The translations under genes and the position numbers were made by a program. Positions 24,287 through 32,000 of a DNA stretch of 32,000 bases are shown piece after piece (the stretch's first letter is position 1; every line of letters begins with the position of its first letter). This DNA is from Ktedonobacterales bacterium (GTDB lineage: Bacteria > Chloroflexota > Ktedonobacteria > Ktedonobacterales > JADMIN01), in the NCBI GenBank assembly GCA_030167145.1, contig CP126532.1, forward strand, positions 4,860,001 through 4,892,000, in the 5' to 3' direction. The notes under the pieces are model-generated. The model was not told the origin of the DNA and made no database searches. It saw only the letters and a program-made list of their open reading frames with translations.

Positions 24287-24448
24287 GTGCGCGCATCCAG
24301 GCCAGTCATCGCTTCTAACACGTCCCATACGCTCCGCCAGATGCGGCCGCACTGGCGCGATTGCCTGCGCGTCTTCCCCGCACTCACCGACCCCACCTTC
24401 GTCAACGACACCATCCGGCGCGAACACTCCCCGCCCGACCTCTCGTAA
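24287..24448 (+). CDS. Candidate small ORF (53 aa) between the putative promoter and hppD
   Basis: AAGGAG (24273-24278) lies 8 nt upstream of GTG24287. Third codon positions are strongly C/G-biased, as in the neighbouring real genes. No recognisable family, so this is speculative. Confidence 0.25.
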   Translation: MRASRPVIASNTSHTLRQMRPHWRDCLRVFPALTDPTFVNDTIRREHSPPDLS

Positions 24449-24567
24449 CGCACCAGCCCGTGCCACGGCCGGTATGCGTGGCATCGAGTATACGATTTCC
24501 GCGCGTGCCGCCACAGGCAGCAGCGAGGGCTAACGATTGTAGATTTCCCGCAGGAGGTCAAACCACC

Positions 24568-25677
24568 ATGGCAGATGCCGATTTCATGCCCATCAAGAAC
24601 TGGGATCACATTGAGTTCTACGTGGGTAACGCCAAACAGGCCGCCCATTTCTACGCCACCACCTTCGGCTTCCAGCCCGTCGCCTATGCCGGCTTGGAAA
24701 CGGGCGTCCGCGACCGTGCCAGCTATGTCATGCAGCAGGGCAAGATTCGCTTCGTCCTCACCACGGCCCTTGCCCCCGATAGCCCCATCGCCCAGTTTGC
24801 GTGGCAGCATGGCGACGGCGCCAAAGACATCGCTCTGGAAGTTCCAGACGCCGAACACGCCTACAACGAAGCCATCAAACGTGGCGCGAAGAGCGCCTAC
24901 GAGCCATCCAACAGCGAAGACAAGCATGGCCGTGTCAAGCGCGCCGCCATCTACACCTACGGCGACACCATCCACACCTTCATCGAACGCCACGACTACA
25001 CCGGCCCATTCCTCCCTGGCTACCGCGCCATCGAGGCCAGCGGCGAGCAGCGCGACCGCGACGCCGGTCTGCGCGCCATTGACCACGTCGTCGGAAACGT
25101 CGAGCTTGGCAAGATGAACGAGTGGGTCACGTTCTATGAAGACGTGCTGGGCTTCAAACAGATCATCCACTTCACCGACGCCGACATCAGCACCGAATAC
25201 TCCGCCCTCATGTCCAAGGTGATGGAAGGCGGCCACGGTAAGATCAAGTTCCCCATCAACGAGCCTGCCGAGAGCCAGAAAAAGGGCAAGTCGCAGATCC
25301 AAGAATACCTGGACTACTACGGCAGCGCGGGCGTTCAGCACGTCGCCCTCATCACCGGGGACATCGTCAAGACCGTCACCAAGCTCAAGGCCCAAGGCGT
25401 TGACTTCCTCACCGCCATCCCGTCTTACTACGAAGAACTCACCGACCGTGTCGGCAAGATTGACGAGCCAATGGAAGACCTCGCCCGTCTTGGCATCCTC
25501 GTAGACCGCGACGACGACGGCTATCTCTTGCAGATCTTCACCAAGAACGCGCAGGACCGCCCAACGCTCTTCTTCGAGGTCATCCAGCGCAAAGGCGCAC
25601 GCGGCTTCGGCGACGGCAACTTCAAGGCGCTCTTCGAGGCCATCGAACGCGAGCAAGCCCTGCGCGGCAATCTGTAG
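24568..25677 (+). CDS. hppD: 4-hydroxyphenylpyruvate dioxygenase
   Basis: AGGAGG lies 9 nt upstream of ATG24568. N-terminus IKNWDHIEFYVGNAKQAAHFY, and the C-terminal FFEVIQRKGARGFGDGNFKALFEAIEREQALRGNL typical of HPPD. Confidence 0.9.
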   Translation: MADADFMPIKNWDHIEFYVGNAKQAAHFYATTFGFQPVAYAGLETGVRDRASYVMQQGKIRFVLTTALAPDSPIAQFAWQHGDGAKDIALEVPDAEHAYNEAIKRGAKSAYEPSNSEDKHGRVKRAAIYTYGDTIHTFIERHDYTGPFLPGYRAIEASGEQRDRDAGLRAIDHVVGNVELGKMNEWVTFYEDVLGFKQIIHFTDADISTEYSALMSKVMEGGHGKIKFPINEPAESQKKGKSQIQEYLDYYGSAGVQHVALITGDIVKTVTKLKAQGVDFLTAIPSYYEELTDRVGKIDEPMEDLARLGILVDRDDDGYLLQIFTKNAQDRPTLFFEVIQRKGARGFGDGNFKALFEAIEREQALRGNL

Positions 25678-25696
25678 CCAGGGAAGGAGACGCATC

Positions 25697-26857
25697 ATGC
25701 CGTTCTATTCTCGCCTGGGCAACGTGCCCCACAAGCGCCACACCCAGTTCCGCAAACCCGATGGCGGCCTCTACGCCGAAGAACTCTTTGGCGAAGAGGG
25801 GTTCAGCGGCGTCTGTTCGCTGCTCTATCACCAGTATCCCCCCACCCGCGTCAGCCGCATCGAGCGCCACAGCGCCGTCTGCCGCGAGGAGTGGTCCCAG
25901 GAGACACACCGCCACCACCACGTCCGCACCAAAGACATCGCCTCAGGTGGCGACCCCATCGAAGGACGCGAATTGCTGTTCTACAATAGCGACTGCGCCA
26001 TGTCCGTCGTCCGCCCCACCGAGCAGATGGAGTACTTCTACCGCAACTCCCAGGGCGACGAACTGCTCTTCATTCACGAGGGCAAGGGTGCGCTGGAAAC
26101 CACCTTCGGCCTGTTGCCCTACGGCGAGGGCGACTACCTGGTCATCCCGCGTGGCACAACCTGGCGCGTCATTCCGGAAGGCGACACCCCCCAGCGCATG
26201 CTCGTCGTCGAGGCGTTCGGCGGCGCGATTCAGCCGCCCAAGCGCTACCGCAACGAGTTCGGCCAGTTGCTGGAGCATTCTCCCTACTGCGAGCGCGACC
26301 TGCGCGCTCCGCTGGAACTGCCCCTGCACGAAGAGCGCGGCGAATTCGAGGTGCGCGTCAAGGTCAACGACGAGGTGATGCGCTACTTCTTCGACTTCCA
26401 CCCGCTGGATGTCGTCGGCTGGGATGGCTACCTCTATCCCTACGCCTTCAATATCAGCGACTTCGAGCCGATCACCGGGCGGGTTCACCAGCCGCCTCCG
26501 GTGCATCAAACCTTCGAGGGGCCGAACTTCGTCGTCTGTTCGTTCTGTCCGCGCAAGCTCGACTATCATCCGCTCTCGATTCCCGTGCCCTACAATCACA
26601 GCAACATAGATTCCGACGAACTGATCTACTACGTCAGCGGCAATTTCGGCAGCCGTCGCGGCATAGATGTCAGCTCGTTCACGCTTCATCCGCGCGGTAT
26701 CCCGCATGGGCCGCATCCAGGCACCGTCGAAAAGAGCCTGGGCGCCGACCGCACCGACGAGCTAGCCGTCATGGTGGATACCTTCCGTCCGCTCAAGCTC
26801 GCCGCCGCCGCCGAGAGCCTTGACGACGCCAACTACCCCTATAGCTGGCTCGACTAG
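25697..26857 (+). CDS. hmgA: Homogentisate 1,2-dioxygenase (short, about 385-aa form)
   Basis: AAGGAG RBS. N-terminus YSRLGNVPHKRHTQF, cupin-core motifs, and HPRGIPHGPHPG. It lies immediately downstream of hppD (19-nt gap). Confidence 0.85.
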   Translation: MPFYSRLGNVPHKRHTQFRKPDGGLYAEELFGEEGFSGVCSLLYHQYPPTRVSRIERHSAVCREEWSQETHRHHHVRTKDIASGGDPIEGRELLFYNSDCAMSVVRPTEQMEYFYRNSQGDELLFIHEGKGALETTFGLLPYGEGDYLVIPRGTTWRVIPEGDTPQRMLVVEAFGGAIQPPKRYRNEFGQLLEHSPYCERDLRAPLELPLHEERGEFEVRVKVNDEVMRYFFDFHPLDVVGWDGYLYPYAFNISDFEPITGRVHQPPPVHQTFEGPNFVVCSFCPRKLDYHPLSIPVPYNHSNIDSDELIYYVSGNFGSRRGIDVSSFTLHPRGIPHGPHPGTVEKSLGADRTDELAVMVDTFRPLKLAAAAESLDDANYPYSWLD

Positions 26858-26868
26858 CCCACTTGCCC

Positions 26869-26901
26869 ACGATACGGGTGTCCTCTGGCCGCCCGTATCG
26901 T
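26869..26901 (+). terminator. Hairpin 11 nt after the hmgA stop (possible terminator or regulatory stem; no U-tract)
   Basis: 10-bp stem ACGATACGGG (26869-26878) / CCCGTATCGT (26892-26901) with a 13-nt loop. Confidence 0.3.
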
Positions 26902-27013
26902 ACCGATGGCGCGTAATGGATCATTGCCGAGGCTTTATCCTAACCGTCCGTACACCGGACATTGATGGCCGAGGTAACGGATCATATCTATCCACTCCTC
27001 CAGGAGGGAACAC

Positions 27014-28216
27014 ATGCCACGCATCGTCAAGTTCTTCGAGACCACCCTACGCGACGGCGAGCAGACACCCGGCATCAACTACTTCCCCGAGGAGAAGCTC
27101 GAAATCGCCCGTGCTCTCGCCGACATGGGCTTCGATACCCTCGACTGTGGCTTCGCCGCCTCCGGCGAGCCAGAGTTCGCTGCGCTTCAACTCATCTCCC
27201 GCAGTGTCTCCAATGCCGAAATCTGCTCTATCTGCCGCTGCTACCCCGACGATATAGATAAAGCCTGGGCCGCCGTCAAAGATGCCACCCAGGCTTCGAT
27301 CCATCCCTTCATCAGCACCTCGCCGCTGCACCGCGAGGTCAAGCTCGGCAAGACGCGCCAGGAAGTGCTGGAGATGGCCCGCACTGGCGTCGCCCGTGGC
27401 CGCCAGTATACCCCCAACGTAGACTTCGCACTCGAAGATACGACCCGCACAGAGCACGACTTCATTCTCGAAATCGTCGGGGCCGTCGTGAAAGAAGGCG
27501 CCCGCTTTGTTGCCCTCTGCGACACCGTCGGCTTCGCGCTGCCCTGGGAGTTCGGCCAACTTGTCGCCGAGGTCAAGCGCGAGTTCCCCGGAGTTCGCAT
27601 CTCCGCGCACTGCCACGACGACCTCGGCCTTGCCGTCGCCAACGCCCTCTCTGGCCTCATCAACGGCGCTGAGCGCGTGGACTCCTGCTTTAATGGCCTG
27701 GGCGAACGCGCGGGTAACGCCGCCACCGAAGATGTGGTCATGGCTATCCGCACCCGCCGCGCCGACCTCGACCTCGACGTGCGCGTAGATACCACGAAGA
27801 TCATCCCCACCAGCCGCCTGATCGCCCGCCTCTCTGGTATGCAGCCGCAGTGGACCAAATCCGTCGTCGGCGCCAACGCCTTTGCCCACGGCGGCGGCAT
27901 CCACCAGGATGGCGTCCTCAAAGATGCCCGCACCTACGAGATCATGCGCCCTGAGGACATCGGCCTGCCACCCTCCGAGCGCCGCATGTACGTCGGCAAA
28001 CTCTCTGGCCGTGCCGCCCTCAATGCCCAGCTCAAAGAGCTTGGCTACGACCTGACCCCCGACCAATTGCTCCGCGCCTTCCAGTTGGTCAAGCACCTCC
28101 TCGGCAAGAAGCGCGTTCTCGAAGAAATGGACCTGCGCCAGTGTGCCGAAACCGCCATCAACCCCACCGCGACCCTCGAAGATCTGATGGCCAGCGCCAG
28201 CGACACAGCGGAATGA
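27014..28216 (+). CDS. 2-isopropylmalate / homocitrate / citramalate synthase family protein (HMGL-like TIM barrel), short form lacking the LeuA C-terminal regulatory domain
   Basis: Motifs FETTLRDGEQTPG, HCHDDLGLAVANALSGL, NGLGERAGNAATEDV and GGIHQDG. At 400 aa it ends soon after subdomain II. AGGAGGG RBS. Confidence 0.8.
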   Translation: MPRIVKFFETTLRDGEQTPGINYFPEEKLEIARALADMGFDTLDCGFAASGEPEFAALQLISRSVSNAEICSICRCYPDDIDKAWAAVKDATQASIHPFISTSPLHREVKLGKTRQEVLEMARTGVARGRQYTPNVDFALEDTTRTEHDFILEIVGAVVKEGARFVALCDTVGFALPWEFGQLVAEVKREFPGVRISAHCHDDLGLAVANALSGLINGAERVDSCFNGLGERAGNAATEDVVMAIRTRRADLDLDVRVDTTKIIPTSRLIARLSGMQPQWTKSVVGANAFAHGGGIHQDGVLKDARTYEIMRPEDIGLPPSERRMYVGKLSGRAALNAQLKELGYDLTPDQLLRAFQLVKHLLGKKRVLEEMDLRQCAETAINPTATLEDLMASASDTAE

Positions 28217-28249
28217 GCGCACCTGATGCAACAGGCGAGGAGGGGTAGG

Positions 28250-29437
28250 ATGAGGAAGAATGCGGCGACACTCGGCAGGTGGATACGCTTGCCTATACGT
28301 AACCGCAGCGTGGTCGCGTTGCCGCTCTGTGCTATCGTCGCCGCATTGTTCGCTATGCTCAGCCTCTCCGCCATGCGCGCCCCGTCTGCCCATGCGGCGG
28401 GTAGCGTCACCTATGAGCAACGCAACTACGCCGTTCAGATTTTGAATGATGGCGATGTCGCCGTCACCGAGCACTGGCAGGTCCACTTCACCGGCGGCCC
28501 GTTCCACCATGCCGAGCTCCAGATCTACCTCGCCCGCACCTCCGGCGTTGACTTCGGCTCCGTCGTCGGCGCAGCGCCGAATACGCAGCAGACTACCCAA
28601 ACCACCGACGCCGAGGGCAACCCGATGGCGCAGGTCGCGTGGGATTTCGCCCCGACCCAGGATGCCTCGCGCAGCTTCGACATCCCCTACACCATCCACA
28701 ATGCGCTCGGCATCGGCCAGAGCCAGGCGTGGTTTGACTGGCACTATCTGGACGGCGGCAGCAACGAAAATCTGTCCGTCGCCTCCAGCACGATCACCCT
28801 CACCCTGCCGCAGTCCGTGCCCGAAAGCCAGCTTCGGGTGAGCGTCGCCGACCCCGAAACCACGCCTACCTCGCAGATCGCCAGTGGCTCAACCATCGCC
28901 GTCACCGCGCAAAACCTCCATGCTAGCAACCCGCTTGAGGTCATGGTTGCCTTCCCCTTGACGGAGCTTGCGAACACGGTGCAGCGTCCGCCCTGGCAAA
29001 CGACTGATATGCCGCCACAACTGCCGACCTCGCTCGCCCTGGCGGGTCCGAACTCCCCAACATCGAGCGGCTATCCCCAGCCCGTTTCCCAGACCTACGG
29101 CCCTGGAGGCTCCATCTTCGGTGGTCTGAGCGGTCTCTGCGGCTGTGGCCTCGTGCCGCTGCTCTTCGTGCTCATCATGGGTCTCAGCGCGGGCCGTGCG
29201 GCCACTGGACTCGGTCCGCGCGGCGGCTATATGGGCATGCGCCGCCGCTGGGGCGGCTGGGGTGGCCCCTGGGGACCGTGGACCGGTGGTGGTGGCTTCG
29301 GCGGTGGTGGTGGCATGGGTGGTGGTGGCATGGGTGGTGGTGGCATGGGTGGTGGTGGCATGGGTGGTGGTGGCATGGGTGGTGGAGGCGGAGGCGGAGG
29401 GGGTGGAGGCGGAGGGGGTGGTTCCGGTTTCAGTTGA
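28250..29437 (+). CDS. Membrane-anchored protein, DUF2207-like, with a Gly-rich C-terminal tail
   Basis: GAGGAGG lies 6 nt upstream of ATG28250. It has a signal/TM segment (VVALPLCAIVAALFAMLSLSAMRAPSAHA), an N-terminal beta-rich region YAVQILNDGDVAVTEHWQVHFTGGPF that resembles DUF2207, a TM helix (LVPLLFVLIMGL), and then a poly-Gly tail. Confidence 0.7.
   Translation: MRKNAATLGRWIRLPIRNRSVVALPLCAIVAALFAMLSLSAMRAPSAHAAGSVTYEQRNYAVQILNDGDVAVTEHWQVHFTGGPFHHAELQIYLARTSGVDFGSVVGAAPNTQQTTQTTDAEGNPMAQVAWDFAPTQDASRSFDIPYTIHNALGIGQSQAWFDWHYLDGGSNENLSVASSTITLTLPQSVPESQLRVSVADPETTPTSQIASGSTIAVTAQNLHASNPLEVMVAFPLTELANTVQRPPWQTTDMPPQLPTSLALAGPNSPTSSGYPQPVSQTYGPGGSIFGGLSGLCGCGLVPLLFVLIMGLSAGRAATGLGPRGGYMGMRRRWGGWGGPWGPWTGGGGFGGGGGMGGGGMGGGGMGGGGMGGGGMGGGGGGGGGGGGGGGSGFS
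29303..29377 (+). repeat. Perfect 15-bp tandem repeat (GGTGGTGGTGGCATG) x5 encoding (GGGGM)5
   Basis: Units start at 29303, 29318, 29333, 29348 and 29363. They are followed by a GGN run encoding about 16 Gly. Confidence 0.95.
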
Positions 29438-29590
29438 TTCCCCGCCGCTCCGTCCCCGTGCGTCGGCCATTGCTGGCCGCGTGTGCTGTGCGTGGGACAA
29501 TGATGGCCGCGAATGGGCCGTTTCGTGATAGCATAGTGAGCGACACCCAACAGCCATTTCCGCACAATGTTGTGTGAGGAGTACTGCATC

Positions 29591-30697
29591 ATGGTAGATA
29601 CATTGGGCGCGCGCGCGGCGCACGACTCCCACCCTGCCGACCCTATCGCCGCGATGGTAAACGCAGACGGCCTGCTCACCGCCGAGGCGGAGCGCGCAGC
29701 CAATATCAGCGACGACGTGCTGCGTGATCTCTATCGGCGCATGGCCATCTGTCGCCGTCTCGACCAGGAAGGGCTGAATCTTCAGCGTCAGGGCGAGCTT
29801 GGCCTCTGGGGCCCCATCGCTGGGCACGAAGCCGCCCAGGTCGGCGCGGCCATGGCCATGGCCGAAACAGATTGGATCTTCCCCTACTATCGCGACTTCG
29901 CCATGACGATCTGTCGCGGCGTTGACCCAGGCATCGCCATGACCTGGTTTCGTGGCCTCACCCACGGCGCATGGAATCCCTATGAGCACCGCCTCGGTCC
30001 GCTCATCATCTCCGTCGGCACCCAGGTTCCCCATGCCGTCGGCTTCGCAATTGGTTGTAAGCTCGATCACGAGCCGACCGCCGTACTCGTTGGCTTCGGA
30101 GAAGGCTCCACCTCCACCGGCGACTGGCACGAAGCGATGAACTTCGCGGGTGTGTTCAAGGCTCCCGTCGTCTTCCTCTGCGAGAATAACCAGTGGGCCA
30201 TCTCCGTACCCATGCGCGAGCAGGTCGCCGGGCGTGTTGCCGACCGCGCGGCGGGCTACGGATTTCCCGGCCTCCGTATAGATGGCAGCGACGTGCTCAC
30301 TGTCTATACCGTCGTGCGCGCCGCCGCCGACCGTGCGCGCCATGGCGAAGGCCCCTATCTTGTCGAGGCGCTCACCTATCGCTTCCAGGCCCATACCACC
30401 TCCGACGATCCTACGCGCTACCGCACCGACGCCGATGTCGAGCCGTGGCGCGCGAAAGACTCCATTGCCCGCGCCACCGCCCGCCTGCGCGACCGTGGCG
30501 CATTCTCCGACGACTTCGAGCGCGCGGTCGCGGCGGAAGCCGAGGAAACCGCGCTGGCCATGCGCGCGACGCTGCTCAGCGCCGCCACACCACATCCCGG
30601 CCAGGCCTTCGATCTCGTCTTCGCCAATCCACCCGCGAGCCTGCTGCGCGAGCAAGCTGAATTCGTCGCCGAACTAGAGCCAGGGAGCGCCGAATGA
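29591..30697 (+). CDS. 2-oxoacid (pyruvate / branched-chain) dehydrogenase E1 component, alpha subunit (TPP-dependent)
   Basis: TPP-binding motif GFGEGSTSTGDWHEAMNFAGVFKAPVVFLCENNQWAIS. GAGGAG lies 9 nt upstream of ATG29591; the ORF-track start at 29567 lacks an RBS. Confidence 0.85.
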   Translation: MVDTLGARAAHDSHPADPIAAMVNADGLLTAEAERAANISDDVLRDLYRRMAICRRLDQEGLNLQRQGELGLWGPIAGHEAAQVGAAMAMAETDWIFPYYRDFAMTICRGVDPGIAMTWFRGLTHGAWNPYEHRLGPLIISVGTQVPHAVGFAIGCKLDHEPTAVLVGFGEGSTSTGDWHEAMNFAGVFKAPVVFLCENNQWAISVPMREQVAGRVADRAAGYGFPGLRIDGSDVLTVYTVVRAAADRARHGEGPYLVEALTYRFQAHTTSDDPTRYRTDADVEPWRAKDSIARATARLRDRGAFSDDFERAVAAEAEETALAMRATLLSAATPHPGQAFDLVFANPPASLLREQAEFVAELEPGSAE

Positions 30698-31668
30698 CCA
30701 CCATCACCATGGGCAAGGCCCTCAACGAAGCGCTGCGCGACGCCCTGCGCGACGACCCGCGCGTCCTCGTCTATGGCGAAGACGTGGGCCGGTTGGGCGG
30801 CGTCTTCCGCGTCACCGACGGCCTGCGCGCCGAGTTCGGCGAAGAGCGCGTCTTCGATACGCCGCTCGCCGAATCCACCATCGCCGCCATCGCCGTCGGC
30901 CTCGCCATCAAAGGCTTCCATCCCGTCGCCGAGATGCAGTTCGACGCCTTCTCCTATCCCGCTTTCAACCAGATCACCAGCAACCTCGCCAAATATCACA
31001 CCCGCACCCAGGGCGCATGCAACATGCAGGCCGTCATTCGCATCCCCTACGGCGGCAATATCGGAGCGGTCGAGCATCACTCCGAAAGCCCCGAAACGTA
31101 CTACGTCCATACGGCTGGTCTCAAAGTCGTCACGCCTTCCACCCCCGCCGACGCCTATGGGCTGCTGCGCGCCGCCATAGCCGACCCCGATCCAGTCATC
31201 TTCCTCGAACCCAAGGCCCGCTACTGGAGCAGACAAGACCTCGACCTGCCCGCGCCGCCGCTGCCACTGGACCGCGCGCAGATTGTCCGTCCCGGAACAG
31301 ACGGGACCATCATCGCCTACGGCCCAACCGTGCAGGTCGCGTTGGCCGCCGCCGAAGCCGCCGAAGCCGAGGGCGCGTCGCTCGAAGTCGTAGACCTGCG
31401 CAGCCTCTCGCCGCTCGATCTCGACACCCTCAGCGCCTCGGTCCGCAAGACCAAACGCGCCGTTGTCGTCCACGAAGCGCCAGTCTTCATGGGCATCGGC
31501 GCGGAGATTGCCGCGCGCCTGATGCACGACCTCTTCGATGTTCTTGCCGCTCCCGTCGAGCGTGTCGGCAGCGCCACCGTCCCCTATCCGCCCGCCCGCG
31601 TTGAAAAGCTCTTCCTCCCGGACGCCGACCGCGTTCTGGAGGCCGTTGACCGCACACGACAATATTAG
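30694..31668 (+). CDS. 2-oxoacid dehydrogenase E1 component, beta subunit
   Basis: Motifs GEDVGRLGGVFRVTDGL..FGEERVFDTPLAES and AEMQFDAF. ATGA overlap (4 nt) with the E1 alpha stop. Confidence 0.9.
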   Translation: MTTITMGKALNEALRDALRDDPRVLVYGEDVGRLGGVFRVTDGLRAEFGEERVFDTPLAESTIAAIAVGLAIKGFHPVAEMQFDAFSYPAFNQITSNLAKYHTRTQGACNMQAVIRIPYGGNIGAVEHHSESPETYYVHTAGLKVVTPSTPADAYGLLRAAIADPDPVIFLEPKARYWSRQDLDLPAPPLPLDRAQIVRPGTDGTIIAYGPTVQVALAAAEAAEAEGASLEVVDLRSLSPLDLDTLSASVRKTKRAVVVHEAPVFMGIGAEIAARLMHDLFDVLAAPVERVGSATVPYPPARVEKLFLPDADRVLEAVDRTRQY

Positions 31669-31681
31669 GAGTGCTCAATAA

Positions 31682-32000
31682 ATGGGTCAATTTCGTTTGC
31701 CTGACCTGGGCGAAGGTCTCGAAGAAGCGCAACTCGTCGAATGGCTGGTGAAGACCGGCGATAGCGTCAATCTCAACCAGCCGCTCTGCCAGGTGGAGAC
31801 CGCCAAAGCGCTCGTGGACATCCCCTCGCCCTTTGCGGGTACGATCACTGCGCTCCATGCCGCCCCAGGCGACACCGTGCCCGTCGGCGCGCTCCTCGTC
31901 ACCATCGAAGAACCTGCCTCCGCCGCGTCTCACGCTCCCGCCGCACCTGCCTCCGCCGCCACCAACGACGGCGGGCATGGCCCCGTCTTGGTGGGCTACG
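31682..32000 (+). CDS. 2-oxoacid dehydrogenase E2 (dihydrolipoamide acyltransferase), N-terminal lipoyl domain, 3'-truncated by window edge
   Basis: My own translation from ATG31682: MGQFRLPDLGEGLEEAQLVEWLVKTGDSVNLNQPLCQVETAKALVDIPSPFAGTI... with the lipoyl-lysine motif ETAKA, then an Ala/Pro linker. The frame is open to the window end. This ORF is not in the supplied ORF track. Confidence 0.85.
   Translation, partial: MGQFRLPDLGEGLEEAQLVEWLVKTGDSVNLNQPLCQVETAKALVDIPSPFAGTITALHAAPGDTVPVGALLVTIEEPASAASHAPAAPASAATNDGGHGPVLVGY

Noticed and set aside
24175-25698. 507-aa minus-strand ORF exactly antisense to hppD
   Set aside because: This is a shadow ORF typical of high-GC3 genes. It has no RBS, the composition is dominated by L/V/A/G/D/E runs, and the + strand encodes an unmistakable HPPD with an RBS.
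26902-27013. T-box, leucine-leader peptide or known riboswitch upstream of the LeuA-like gene
   Set aside because: I found no specifier/T-box conserved sequence (AGGGUGGNACCGCG-like), no Leu-codon-rich leader ORF and no riboswitch core that I recognise. Only the motif pairs were reported, as a finding.
27047-31662. Long minus-strand ORFs (27047..28744 565 aa; 28889..30655 588 aa; 30418..31662 414 aa) antisense to the LeuA-like, DUF2207-like and E1 alpha/beta genes
   Set aside because: All lie antisense to genes with clear family motifs. Their peptides are low-information G/A/V/D/R-rich sequences with no domains I recognise, so I treat them as GC-driven stop-codon depletion.

Overview
High-GC (~60%) bacterial chromosomal window. 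The gene content and the XRE-NB-ARC-TPR protein are reminiscent of Chloroflexota (Ktedonobacteria-like) or Actinobacteria; taxonomy cannot be proven from the sequence alone. I support about 26 protein-coding genes, two tandem tRNA(CAU) genes, several sigma70-like promoters, two strong intrinsic terminators and several in-frame tandem repeats. I saw no rRNA, CRISPR array, transposase or integrase. Left to right the window contains: a 5'-truncated DnaE2/ImuC-like polymerase with in-frame repeat insertions; an RHS-core relic; a secreted NlpC/P60-like (Amidase_6-type) protein; a convergent XRE-HTH/NB-ARC/TPR STAND NTPase; a tRNA-fMet/tRNA-Met operon; a Pro/Tyr-rich membrane protein; a ChlI-like AAA+ / vWA pair translationally coupled to rsmG; a CitE-like lyase; a small hypothetical protein; a 418-aa hyperacidic A/E-rich protein; about 1 kb without convincing genes; an amidase-signature enzyme; a P1/DmpA peptidase; a RelE/ParE-like toxin-antitoxin pair; a 1057-aa Upf1/DNA2-like SF1 helicase with a C-terminal DUF559/Vsr-like fold; hppD-hmgA; a short LeuA/NifV-family synthase; a DUF2207-like membrane protein with a (GGGGM)5 tail; and the start of a 2-oxoacid dehydrogenase E1alpha/E1beta/E2 operon. 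The best candidates for unexplored biology are: (i) the helicase-nuclease-like gene plus TA module; (ii) the STAND gene with phased GATC sites and a palindrome in its leader, inside a tRNA-flanked accessory-looking segment; (iii) the AAA+/vWA/rsmG coupling; (iv) the hyperacidic protein; and (v) circularly permuted hairpin-bearing modules and Gly-X-Y-type microsatellites inserted in frame into dnaE2 and other genes. All family assignments come from motif recognition by eye and need HMM or structure confirmation.
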